This document shows, piece after piece, positions 1 to 9,819 of a stretch of DNA of 64,000 bases; position 1 is the stretch's first letter, and every line of letters begins with the position of its first letter. The stretch is from assembly GCA_963789395.1 (NCBI GenBank), contig CAWBKP010000014.1, positions 1 to 64,000 of the forward strand, given 5' to 3'. Below the pieces are notes generated by a model. It searched no databases and was not told the origin of the DNA. It worked only from the letters and a program-made list of their open reading frames with translations. The translations under genes and the position numbers were made by a program. This DNA is from an uncultured delta proteobacterium. Lineage in GTDB: Bacteria; Desulfobacterota; Desulfobacteria; Desulfobacterales; Desulfatirhabdiaceae.

Positions 1-3000
1 CAGATGTTCCTGAATCGAGGCCATCTTCCTGGGGCTGGTGCCTAGCAAGCAGCATCCTTGTATTTCGACAGGATAGCCTTGGCATCCTCTTCAATTTTCT
101 TAGCTGACGCATCCGGGTATGCCAGGAGAAGGACCAGCAGGCAATCCGCCTGCCCGGCGGTCGCATCCCAGAAATTGGGGTTTTCCGTATAGCGTTTCCT
201 GGACGATGTCGATCATTTGGTGGCATTCGACTGTCAGTTCCTGTTTCCAGGCCGTCACCCCTGGATTTATGGAACTGCTCCACAAGCACCTTGGCCAGGG
301 CCCAATTGGAAAAGGCATATGGGTCGGGCTTGGCGGTTACCTCACGATCTTTTTATACGCGGCACCGTAATATTTGCCATGTTTTCAAGGGCGGTTTGCC
401 TGCCTTTCCGGAATTGCAACAATATATGCAAGCCGCTTATCGGCGCTGCCCAACAGGTTCAATCGCTCGATACTGTCACCGTTTTTCACAAGGCGATCTA
501 AGGCATCCAGTGCCTGCCGAACCTCATTCAACAGTATCCGGCGCTGGTTAACTTTTCTGTGCCGTCCTTCACTTGGTGCAAATCGTCCCATTCCGTGGCG
601 GCGGCGCGCACCCGAAAATTGGCGGCTTGTTCCTCGGCCCGTAAGGGGCAGTCGCCCTGATTAGCCTTGATGGATTTATCCAACCAATCCGATGCTTACG
701 GTACGCACCGGTTTCGCCCCAGGCAAAACTCAGGGCAGCTGCAACGTCGGCACGATTTACCCATTCGTACGATGCGATTCGGGGATACGTTTCATAAATA
801 TTTTCGATTTGCTCCCGAATGTCTGTCTGCGACGACTCACCTGTGTCTTTGGCGCGCATCTGCATACGTATCCACTGGGTATGGTTATTGAGGTCGGCTA
901 TCAGTGCATGGGGCGTGAGATACGCTCTTTTTGCCTTTTTCACCTTTTCAGAACCATCTCCATGCAGCCGGAAGCCGGGATCCCCATAGCACTGATAGGC
1001 GCCCCAGGTGTTGACCTTGGGAAAGCGCATCCAGATTTCTTCCCGGGCGGCCCTGACAGCCTCGCCGAAGGGATCTCCGGCCAGCATCCGTGTATAAAAG
1101 GACTCGGCAAAGGCTCGGCGGCGCCGTCGTCCACGGCCCAGCCGGCGGCGATCACCGCCTTGACCCCCATGTCGATGAACTGCACGGCCAGGTTCGCCGC
1201 CAACAGGCCGTGGGCGAAATCGGATGATGGCCGGTCTTGCCCAGGTGGCAGCAGTTGATAAAGACCAGTTCCGGGACCCAGCGCATCTGCTCCACGTCGC
1301 CCGGGGTGAGGGTGTCCTTGCCGATGACCATGCCGGATTTACGCTTTACGGGTTTCCCGGCGTAAGCGGAATTCGCGGAACTCACAGTGTCGTTCACCCC
1401 AAATGCGTACATCCCATGCCGGACAGGTGCAAAATGCGCCAGGCATCCTTGTGCAGCCCGGATAAGATCGCATCGGTCCGTTCATCGATAAGCCGATGGC
1501 GCGAAAGCCATTGGTTTCAACAAAGTCAACACTTTCTGGGCTTCGGTGCGCGCACCGGGCAAGTCACAGAAGCCGTTCCAGCCCTCCCCACATTAAAGCC
1601 CAGTAGTTCAGCCAGACCGAATCGGCAGTTACCTTCAACGTGCTGCCCGTAATCCCCGGTGGCCCACCGCCAGGGGCTTTCGGCTTGCCTCCCGACCGAC
1701 TGCGTCGCACGGCTTCACGCCAGCGTGGCTCCTCATCCTTGGCTTTCACGAACAATTGAAAGCCGCCATCGCCAGCATCGCTCCGGGTCAGACCTGAGAT
1801 CAGCCAGCGGACACTTTTTTCGGTTTCGAAATAGTTGAAATGACAAACCTTGGCACCTTGATCGAACTGAAACTGCACACCTTTTTCCCGGCGCCGGATC
1901 CCGCCTTACATGGAACCGGTGTCGACGATGAGGTCATGCTCCGCGCCATCAACCAATCGGTGGCCAGAAGCTTGATCTGGCCCCATAGGGTATCGCCTTC
2001 GATATCCCCGGAGATCACTGAAAGATCGGCTCCTGTCGTCAGATTCGGGTGATGGAGCAAACGGGTGAGCGCCGAACCCGGCATCATCGCTTCCAGCCCG
2101 GGAAGCGTGCGGGGGATCCGTGCGTTCTTTGACCACGGTCAAAGAAATCCACCGCATCCCCGAAAAATCCCTGGCCGCTGATGAAATCCAGAACCGACAG
2201 CCAGCGGTCCAGCCGTTCCGAAGCCAGAGTGGTTCCGCGCGCCGGAAAGGTAACACGAACAAAGCGGCCGACCTTGATCCACTTGCTGTCCAGAATGTCC
2301 CGCAATTCATTGAGCATGCCCAGACCCACCACATAGGCATCGTTCCTATTTTTTCGCGGATTCCGGATCCAGCGGCTTCAAGCCAAGCTGCCTGGAAATG
2401 GTTCGGTCGGCGCGAAAGAGTTCCTCCAGATCGCCTTTAAGGGGATCGTTTAATGCAACACGTTCTGCATGGCACAGCAGATCTCCCACCAGGCCGCCTC
2501 TGGAATGGCTGACCAGATGGAGTTCGGCTTCAACCGGAAGCAGTCTGGCCAATTTCAATGCATTCTGGATAGGGCTCTCGGTCAGGGAGCGATGTTCGAA
2601 TGCATATCGGTCAGCGTATTTCTCCTCCAGAATCTTTCTGGCCTCTTTCCCCTGAACATTCTGGTTTTCCCACAACTTGCCGAAACTGCCTTTGCTGCTC
2701 GATGCGGTGCCATGCAGAAACAGCAGGATCGGCTCCTTGAAAAATGGTATTTTCGTCATTTACCGGCAGCAGCAAAAAGCCGTCCTTCCTCGGCCAGCGG
2801 CATAGCCCGGGAGCATTGCCGTCGAATCGCTTCAACTCAAACTTATCGCACAGTACTTTGGCGGTTTTCCCGGCCAGATCGATGCCGAAGAAATCCAAAA
2901 CCCGGATTCCCAGCTTCAACCAGCCACCTTCGCCCCGTTGCCGGATGCGGGTGGCAGTCGCAGGCTGATCTCCCAGGCTGCGGTGTCTCCGCGGCAGTCA

Positions 3001-3160
3001 ACCTGGGTGCCGTGTTCGCCAATAAGATCGTCCGCCCGCATCCACAGGACAAAGCGTTATTCAGCTCCCACGGACCACTTATCCGCCTGAATAGCCATCT
3101 CCGCGGCATCAGAGCAAACCTTATGGGTTGGCTGCCGCAGTCTTAGGCAATCAGCGGCAT
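1..3160 (-). pseudogene. Large multidomain protein: N-terminal alpha/beta-hydrolase (lipase-like) domain, CHAT (caspase-like) protease domain and TPR-like C-terminus. Broken by many frameshifts and runs off the window start.
   Basis: Successive minus-strand ORF fragments (2611-2919, 2346-2759, 2084-2332, 1800-2087, 1564-1878, 1152-1412, 940-1203, 569-1087, 385-591) stitch into one protein. Hydrolase motifs: LLFLHGTASS and LHLVSHSRGGLVG. CHAT His/Cys core: DLPGARTEA, RILHLSG(H)[37 protein letters not shown] at 3160 follows the upstream stop at 3164. Confidence 0.75.
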
Positions 3161-3163
3161 GAC

Positions 3164-4301
3164 CTACCACCACATAACGGCCGTCTCGCCGCGTGATCAG
3201 CATAGTAAAGCCGCACCCGCAGCACATATTGCCGGTCACGAGACAGGCGAAAACTGAGGGACGCGTTGCGGTCTTCGCCGCTGTCGTCATCTCCGCCACG
3301 GTACTTCAACTCGCCGTTCACCTCCTCGAAAGGACAATCACCGTGTCTGATGTGCCGAATGTGCGGATCTCATAGGTACGGCTTCGAGTCGGCAGAAGCT
3401 TTAAGTCGAGTTGCTGGCCCGGTGTGATGTTCAGTGGCATCGATTGCATTAGCTTCAGTTCTGGGAACTCTGACACAGGCGATTGCAATGGGTAGAGCTG
3501 TTTGACGTAGGTTCGTCACGTGCCGAAAGTCCACCAATAGGTTGCAACGGCTGTGTTTTGTAGATTTCCGGTTTTTGGATCAGCCCAGCTTCGAACGGAT
3601 AATGCATCACGGAGTTCGGATCCCATTGCGTACCGGCGACGCTGTTCTCGGTAAGTTTTCGGATTATGTTAAAGAAAGTTTTCTCATGTGACCAGTTGTT
3701 CGGTGGTTTGGCGAGCGCGGCATAGACTTTGTCATCGTCCCATACGATGCCTGAAAACGGGTTCTGATGCTCGTGCTCAAACCCCAGTGTGTGGCCGATC
3801 TCATGGATTGCCGTGTCGATGTCATTGGCGATGTTCCAACCAAAGTTCATCGTGCGCTGGTCGGCAGCGATATCAAGGATGGCACGGCCGACATAGGACC
3901 AAGAACCATCACCCGACATGAAGCCGATGCGCACCATTGCATGATCGAGCGATGCGACTTCCCTGAACTTGATGCCGATGCCAAGGTCGGCCCAGGCCTT
4001 GAAGGCCTTGCGCACAACTTCCATCTGATTGACGGCACCACGCCAGGGCACGAAGCTAACGCTGCCGTCGGATAGAGTGACGGTCATACCGTCTGTGGGT
4101 TTGTCAAAGAAATAGTAGCTCAACTCGGTGCCGTTGACCCATTTGTCGCTGAGCGTGTTTATCGCTCTGACCCGGTCGGCATTAACACCGGGCCCGAAAT
4201 CACGGGGTATCGTAGGCTTTACATTGCAATAAAAGTGGCCGTGGCTCGGTTGTTTGTCGTCGCTGCTGGCAATGGCTTTCTTCTACAGTTGTGCGTGGCA
4301 T
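3164..4301 (-). CDS. Metzincin (M12A astacin/matrixin-like) zinc metalloprotease with a C-terminal beta-rich accessory domain; frameshifted near both ends
   Basis: HEIGHTLGFEHEH zinc motif and SVMHY Met-turn in ORF 3455-4123. GGAGGA RBS and ATG at 4301 (different frame). The C-terminal domain (YEIRTFGTSDTVIVLFEE...GDDDSGEDRNA) continues in another frame to TAG at 3164. Confidence 0.8.
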
Positions 4302-4536
4302 GCTGTCCTCCTTTGATGCCATTCCCTTATGGCAGAACAAAGTGACTATGGCTGGCATCTTTAAAGTTGATACTGTAGCTGCATGGTATTGATACTTTCG
4401 CTTTTCACTTTACCTTGAACCTTGCCGAATTGGCTTGTTCCGTCAATGTTTCCCAAGGAATGCATGATCGACCTTTCATTGCTACTTTAGTCATCCAACG
4501 AATACGGATCGGCATAACATGAGCTTTTTTATTGCT

Positions 4537-4961
4537 TCAAAGCCCATCCGCCTGACTGTGAACGCCAGAAGCGCCACGGTTGCGAACATGGGTTTAAATC
4601 ATTGCGGTCTTGGCAGCGTTATGACCTAAAAGTTCCTGCACCGGATCGGATGTCGTAGCTTCCTTTGAGCAAGTGTGTGGCGAAAGGCAGGCGAGAAAGG
4701 CACTTATTTCCGCCTCGGTCATTATTACCAAGTGACGGATGTAATAAAAGAAAATGAATCGCTTGACCCATTTGGCGTAGATTTGTTTAGTTTGTCGGCA
4801 GTAATGGCGTGAACACCGCATCGCGAAACTGGCCGACAAATTGGGGCTGGCCGATGGTCGCGGGCGCTGGCTTCCGCCTGTGCGGGGCGTTCTCTTGAAG
4901 GATATGGTTTGTCGCTGCTTGCACGATTCTGTATTTTTTCTTGTTGCGAGGGCAGCATCAT
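4537..4961 (-). pseudogene. intI: Integron integrase (IntI-like) remnant with a large internal deletion
   Basis: The N-terminal RHYCRQTKQIYAKWVKRFIFF...EAEISAFL is joined directly to the C-terminal VQELLGH...KTAMI*THVRNRGASGVHSQADGL. The catalytic Tyr codon is TAA. Confidence 0.8.
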
Positions 4962-5405
4962 TCAGACGTGAAACAGGTTATTAGCTTGGAATTTCTTTTT
5001 ATAGTATTTCAGAATAACTTGTCAATTTATTATTTATAATTAAAAATTTGGATGATAAATAATTCGCATTGAAATACCGTAACTGGGACAGGATAGAAAT
5101 TTAAAGCGTGCGTCTGTTCTATATTACCCCATCAACTTGGCAACGCATTACCACTGAGTGGGAAGACAGCCAGATTCTATAAAGGACAACAGCGACGCAC
5201 TTAACTTAGTGGCTGTCTTCTCAGTTCTGCAGATGCAAATTTGATCCGCTTGTGAGACATATTCCCAACAGCAGACTGAACACCCACCAGGTTTCCATGG
5301 GCTGAATGCTGTTACAGAGTGTCGCTCGACACAACCCCGTATCAGAAGAAATTCGATAATGTAGGCGCAGGTGGCCTCGATTGGGGGGTACCAGGAGGGA
5401 AACGC

Positions 5406-5447
5406 CCAGGAAAAGAATAGCCGGCAAACCGGCCATCCTTTTCCTGG
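5406..5447 (-). terminator. Hairpin downstream of the dodecin-like genes
   Basis: ccaggaaaag...gccggcaaaccggc...cttttcctgg inverted repeat just after the stop codon at 5465. Confidence 0.6.
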
Positions 5448-5464
5448 CGGTATGGGCTGATGAA

Positions 5465-5677
5465 TCAGCTTTCGTATTTGAATGAAAGTTTGATGCGGAC
5501 GCGGAAGGCCGTGATCTTGCCGTTTTCCACCTTCAGATCCTGCTGGACGATCTCGGCAATCCGTAATTCCCTCAGGCTTTTGGATGCGGCTTCAACGGCT
5601 TTTTTCGCGGCATCTTCCCATGAAACTGGGCTGGTTCCAACAAGTTCAACGATCGTGTACACGCTATCTGCTGCCAT
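5465..5677 (-). CDS. Dodecin-family protein (copy 2)
   Basis: 70 aa with VYTIVELVGTSPVSWEDAA...FRVRIKLSFKY signature; AAGGAGG RBS. Confidence 0.9.
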   Translation of the reverse strand: MAADSVYTIVELVGTSPVSWEDAAKKAVEAASKSLRELRIAEIVQQDLKVENGKITAFRVRIKLSFKYES

Positions 5678-5711
5678 AAACGCCTCCTTTCGCTCTCAAT
5701 AAGCGGATGAA

Positions 5712-5924
5712 TCAGCTTTCGTATTTGAATGAAAGTTTGATGCGGACGCGGAAGGCTGTGACTTTGCCGTTTTCCACCTTCAGATCCTGCTGGGTAATTT
5801 CGGCAATCCGTAATTCCCTCAGGCTTTTGGATGCGGTTTCAACGGCTTTTTTTGCGGCATCTTCCCATGAAACTTCGCTGGTTCCAACAAGTTCAACGAT
5901 CTTATACACACTTTCTGCTGCCAT
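5712..5924 (-). CDS. Dodecin-family protein (copy 1)
   Basis: 70 aa, 64/70 identical to the adjacent copy; AAGGAGG RBS. Confidence 0.9.
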   Translation of the reverse strand: MAAESVYKIVELVGTSEVSWEDAAKKAVETASKSLRELRIAEITQQDLKVENGKVTAFRVRIKLSFKYES

Positions 5925-6139
5925 AAACGCCTCCTTTCGCTGTGGTACAGTTGATGAAATGCTCTGCTTTCCGCCCCAAATGGCAGGAAAATTTCAAAGA
6001 GGGCAGCACTAACAGATGCTGTCCGTCTAAACGGCAATTTCAGAAACGGCAAATCCGCATATCGGGAATATGATATGGCTATGGTTGTCATCATAGATGA
6101 ACGGATACGAACCCGTCAAGTGATATTATAATGGCTGAT

Positions 6140-7394
6140 CTATGCTTTGACGCGTCTTACCGCAGCGCCCAGTTTTTCAAATTTCTTTTCCATGGCTTCA
6201 TAGCCCCTGTCCAGATGATAGACCCGGTTGACCTCGGTCTGCCCCTGCGCAACGAGCCCTGCCAGAATCAGCGAGGCGCTGGCCCGAAGGTCCGATGCCA
6301 TCACGGGAGCTGCAGAAAGAAACGGCATTCCCCGGATAACCGCCGCATTTCCGGAAACGGTGATGTCCGCGCCCATTCGACGAAGTTCGCCGACGTGGAT
6401 AAACCGGTTTTCGAAAATCGTTTCCGAAATGATGCTCAGGCCCTTTGCCACGGACATCAACACCATGAACTGGGCCTGCATGTCGGTGGGGAACCCCGGA
6501 TAGGGTTGGGTTTTGACATCGACACTGGATATCATCTCCGGGCCTTCCACCCGGATGGTCTTTCCGGAAACCAGAATCCTTGCGCCTGCCAGACGCAGTT
6601 TATGAATCAGGGCATCCAGATGGTCGGGCTCGCAGTTTTCAAGGGTAATGTCCCCGCGGGTCAATGCCGCGGCGACCATGAACGTCCCGGCTTCAATGCG
6701 GTCGGGAATGATGGATACCGATACCGGACGAAGGGCTTTCCACCCCTGCGATGGTGATCACGGATGTGCCGGCACCGCGGATATCTGCACCCATCTGATT
6801 CAAGACATCGGCAAGGGCGACCACTTCCGGCTCGCGCGCGGCGTTTCTAAGGATGGTCACGCCATCGGCCAGGGCAGCCGCCATCATGATGTTCTCCGTT
6901 CCGGTTACCGTCACGATGTCAAAATAAATATCCGCTCCGATCAGCCTGTCCGCCTCGGCCTCGACATACCCGTGCTTCAGCTCGATTTTTGCGCCCAGGC
7001 CGGCAAGAGCCTTCAAATGCAGATTTATGGGTCTGGCGCCGATGGCGCATCCGCCGGGAAGGGACACGCGGGCTTTTTTCAGCCGCGCGATCAGGGGACC
7101 CAGCACCAGAATCGAGGCCCGCATTTTCCGCACCAGATCATACGGCGCTTCGGTGTTGTTCAGGTTCCCGGCGTCAATGCTAACGCAGTTTTCACCAGCT
7201 TCCACAGTGGCACCGTGATTCTGCAATAGAACACAGGTGCTTTGAATATCTTTTAAATTGGGAACATTGGTATAGGTATTTTTTCCGTCCGTCAGCAGCG
7301 AGGAAACCAGGATGGGCAAGGCCGCATTTTTGGCACCGCTGATGACAACGTTTCCGGCAAGCCTGCGGCCGCCATCGACAATGATTTTATCCAT
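6140..7394 (-). CDS. murA: UDP-N-acetylglucosamine 1-carboxyvinyltransferase; one frameshift near 6735, probably an assembly error
   Basis: [39 protein letters not shown] and HLDRGYE motifs across ORFs 6693-7394 and 6140-6679. Confidence 0.95.
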
Positions 7395-7434
7395 AACTCT
7401 CCAGAGTAAGAATAGACCGTGTTAGTGTTAAAAA

Positions 7435-7476
7435 CAAAAGCGCTTTTCCACGTCATGATATGGAAAAGCGCTTTTG
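7435..7476. terminator. Perfect 16-bp inverted repeat, probably the terminator of the qrc operon
   Basis: caaaagcgcttttcca-N10-tggaaaagcgcttttg. Confidence 0.6.
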
Positions 7477-7531
7477 AATGCAAGAATTCGTCTGTGTTTT
7501 TTTATGGACTCACTGCCGGCCGCTTGAAGGA

Positions 7532-7699
7532 TCAGTGATGGCCGTGTCCGTGGCCATCATCCCCTTTTGCCGTATCGATGGCAGCCTTGACAACGCAGTA
7601 CGTCATGCCGATACCCAAAATGGTCAAGGCATACCAGAGCCCGCCCATGAACACCATGTGAGACATATCCCAAATCCATTCAAAATTAAACGGAAACAT
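7532..7699 (-). CDS. 55-aa single-pass membrane protein with a His-rich tail, last gene of the qrc operon (not in the ORF track)
   Basis: MFPFNFEWIWDMSHMVFMGGLWYALTILGIGMTYCVVKAAIDTAKGDDGHGHGHH*; AAGGGGG RBS; starts 16 nt after the qrcD stop. Confidence 0.8.
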   Translation of the reverse strand: MFPFNFEWIWDMSHMVFMGGLWYALTILGIGMTYCVVKAAIDTAKGDDGHGHGHH

Positions 7700-7715
7700 C
7701 GTTTACCCCCTTAGA

Positions 7716-8954
7716 TTATTCAGCCGGATTCAATTCCGCCTCTTGCGGGAAAATCGGCAGATACCGGTAAGAGATCATGATCAATATGATACCGTAGGCG
7801 ACCGGAAGAATCGTGGTAGCCACTTCCTGCCAGCTTGGAAAGTACAGGGCCCATTTATCAAACGTCATGATGGGAACGGCCATGACCTGAAGCACCATCA
7901 CCCAGCGGTTGACGCTGACGCCGATCACTGCAAGAACAAAGGCGGTGGTTCTGGCAACCGGACTTTTGCGGCCTTTGTCCGTTATCAGAATCAATGCTGG
8001 GACGATGCCGCCCAGAACAATTTCCAGAACCAGAATCCAGATGCCGTAAAACCCGTTGTTACTGTAAAAATCCATCAGGGTAAACCCTTTGGAAGGCGCG
8101 GTGACATTGGCCCAGTAAAAGGTATCGATGATTTTTGCAATGATGTAGGAAGTCATCATCCAGCCGGATATTTTGGCCAGCAGCTCCACCACGTTGTCCT
8201 TGACCAGCTTTTTACCGGTAACGGCCTCGGTGATCCGGGTGACCAGCAGGGTAAAGCAGGGACCATACGCCGCCGCAGACCATGTGAACAGAAAAAACGT
8301 CCAGGGCCAGATAAAGAGGCCTTCCCGGTAAGCAAAGGGTCGGCCGAACAGGACTCCGGCAACGCCCCCCAGAGACCCCTGGTGGAAAAAGGACAGAAAT
8401 GCGCCGGTTGCCGCAAACACCGCCATCGTACCGTGCATGTTGTGACTGAGGTGATGAAGGAACGGCACTTTATCAACCTGCCGGTTTTCCAGGATCAGCG
8501 GAATGTATTCGATGGTCAGAACCATGAAATAACACGACAGGCAGAACGCCACTTCGGTCAACATGGAATGCACATTGGCATGCCAGAAAATGAACCAGCC
8601 CCGAAGCGGTTGCCCGATATCGATAGCCAGGATCAGAAGCGCCGAACTATAGCAGATAAAGCCGATCAGAACCGCATAGTTGATGATATTCTTCAGCTCG
8701 TCTTTTCCGATGATATATTTGAGAAAGCCGGTGAAAAAAGCGCCGCCGCCCAGAGCGATCACCGCCAGATCCGCCCATATCCACAGGGCGAATCCGTAGT
8801 TGTCGTTCATATTGGTCTGGTTGAGGCCCTTGAACCAGCACAGCAGCATGGCATATACGCCCCATAACAGAACGGCGCCGACCACAGCCAGCGCAACCAG
8901 AAACTTGTCAAGAGAACAGCGCCTGACTCCGTTGGGTATTAACGCAGAATCCAT
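7716..8954 (-). CDS. qrcD: Menaquinone reductase integral membrane subunit (NrfD/PsrC family)
   Basis: Multi-TM protein with WIWADLAVIALGGGAF, DIGQPLRGW and SFFHQGSLGG; operon position. Confidence 0.9.
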   Translation of the reverse strand: MDSALIPNGVRRCSLDKFLVALAVVGAVLLWGVYAMLLCWFKGLNQTNMNDNYGFALWIWADLAVIALGGGAFFTGFLKYIIGKDELKNIINYAVLIGFICYSSALLILAIDIGQPLRGWFIFWHANVHSMLTEVAFCLSCYFMVLTIEYIPLILENRQVDKVPFLHHLSHNMHGTMAVFAATGAFLSFFHQGSLGGVAGVLFGRPFAYREGLFIWPWTFFLFTWSAAAYGPCFTLLVTRITEAVTGKKLVKDNVVELLAKISGWMMTSYIIAKIIDTFYWANVTAPSKGFTLMDFYSNNGFYGIWILVLEIVLGGIVPALILITDKGRKSPVARTTAFVLAVIGVSVNRWVMVLQVMAVPIMTFDKWALYFPSWQEVATTILPVAYGIILIMISYRYLPIFPQEAELNPAE

Positions 8955-9012
8955 AACTTTCGTACCCCTTCGTTAACCTGAAATGATTTCATTTGTCCAG
9001 AAAACCCCCAAC

Positions 9013-9800
9013 CTAAACGGCTTTTTTGGGTCCTTCGGTTTTCAGATAATTATCTCCGGCGCGCCGGACCCATTCACGGCTGGATACATAATAGACCTTG
9101 GTGTTGGTACCCAGTCTTTCGAGGAGCCGAAAGGCGTTCGGCTGTTTTTTGAGCTCATGGACCGCATGATGGGGATTGTTGAGATCCCCGAAGGTAATGG
9201 CACCTGCAGGGCATGCCTGGGTGCAGGCGGTCTGATAGGCATCTTCTTCGATTTCCTTTTTGCCCATCCATATGCGCCATGCTCTTTTGCCGCCTGGTAC
9301 CGATGAAAACAGAAGCTGCATTTTTCAACCACCCCCCGCATCCGGGGGGATACGCCTGGATTCAGGTATTTTTCCATGCCTTCCGGCCAGATCGGATCAT
9401 ACCAGTTGAAATACCGGGCATGATAGGGACAGGCTCCCATGCAGTACCGGCATCCGAAACACCGGGTATAGATCTGGCTGACGATTCCGGTCTGATTGTC
9501 GTAATCGGTTGCCGTTGCCGGGCAGACGGATACGCAGGGAGAATGGCCGTGCGCCCCTTCACAATGCTGACAGGGTCTGGGCAGATAGCAGATATCCGTT
9601 TCGGGATAAGGCTTAGCATTGGTTAATTTATACACGCGCATCCAGGTGATGCTTTTAAGCTTGTCGGTTTCATCTTCTCTGAATGGCACATTATTTTCAG
9701 CCATGCAGGCGACCATGCAGGAGCCGCACCCGGTGCACAAATCCAGATCAATGACCATTCCATATTTTTGGGTACCATTACCACCGTGTTCTTGTTTCAT
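9013..9800 (-). CDS. qrcC: Menaquinone reductase iron-sulfur subunit; frameshift near 9270
   Basis: CTGCGSCMVAC, PCQHC, CVSVCP, CFGCRYCMGACP and KCSFC, then ACTQACP in the second frame. Confidence 0.9.
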
Positions 9801-9819
9801 CAGAACCTCATGCTATGGT

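Larger units (their letters stand above)
5459..5941. repeat. Tandem duplication with a 247-bp period covering each dodecin gene and its RBS
   Basis: gatgaatcagctttcgtatttgaatgaaag... begins at both 5459 and 5706; both units end in ataaacgcctcctttcgct. Confidence 0.9.

Noticed and set aside
5262..5316. attC-like hairpin (cccaacagca...tgctgttac)
   Set aside because: The outer arms pair, but L-box complementarity is poor and no cassette ORF is associated
5221..5436. 71-aa minus-strand ORF
   Set aside because: It starts inside the terminator hairpin, with no RBS and no recognisable features
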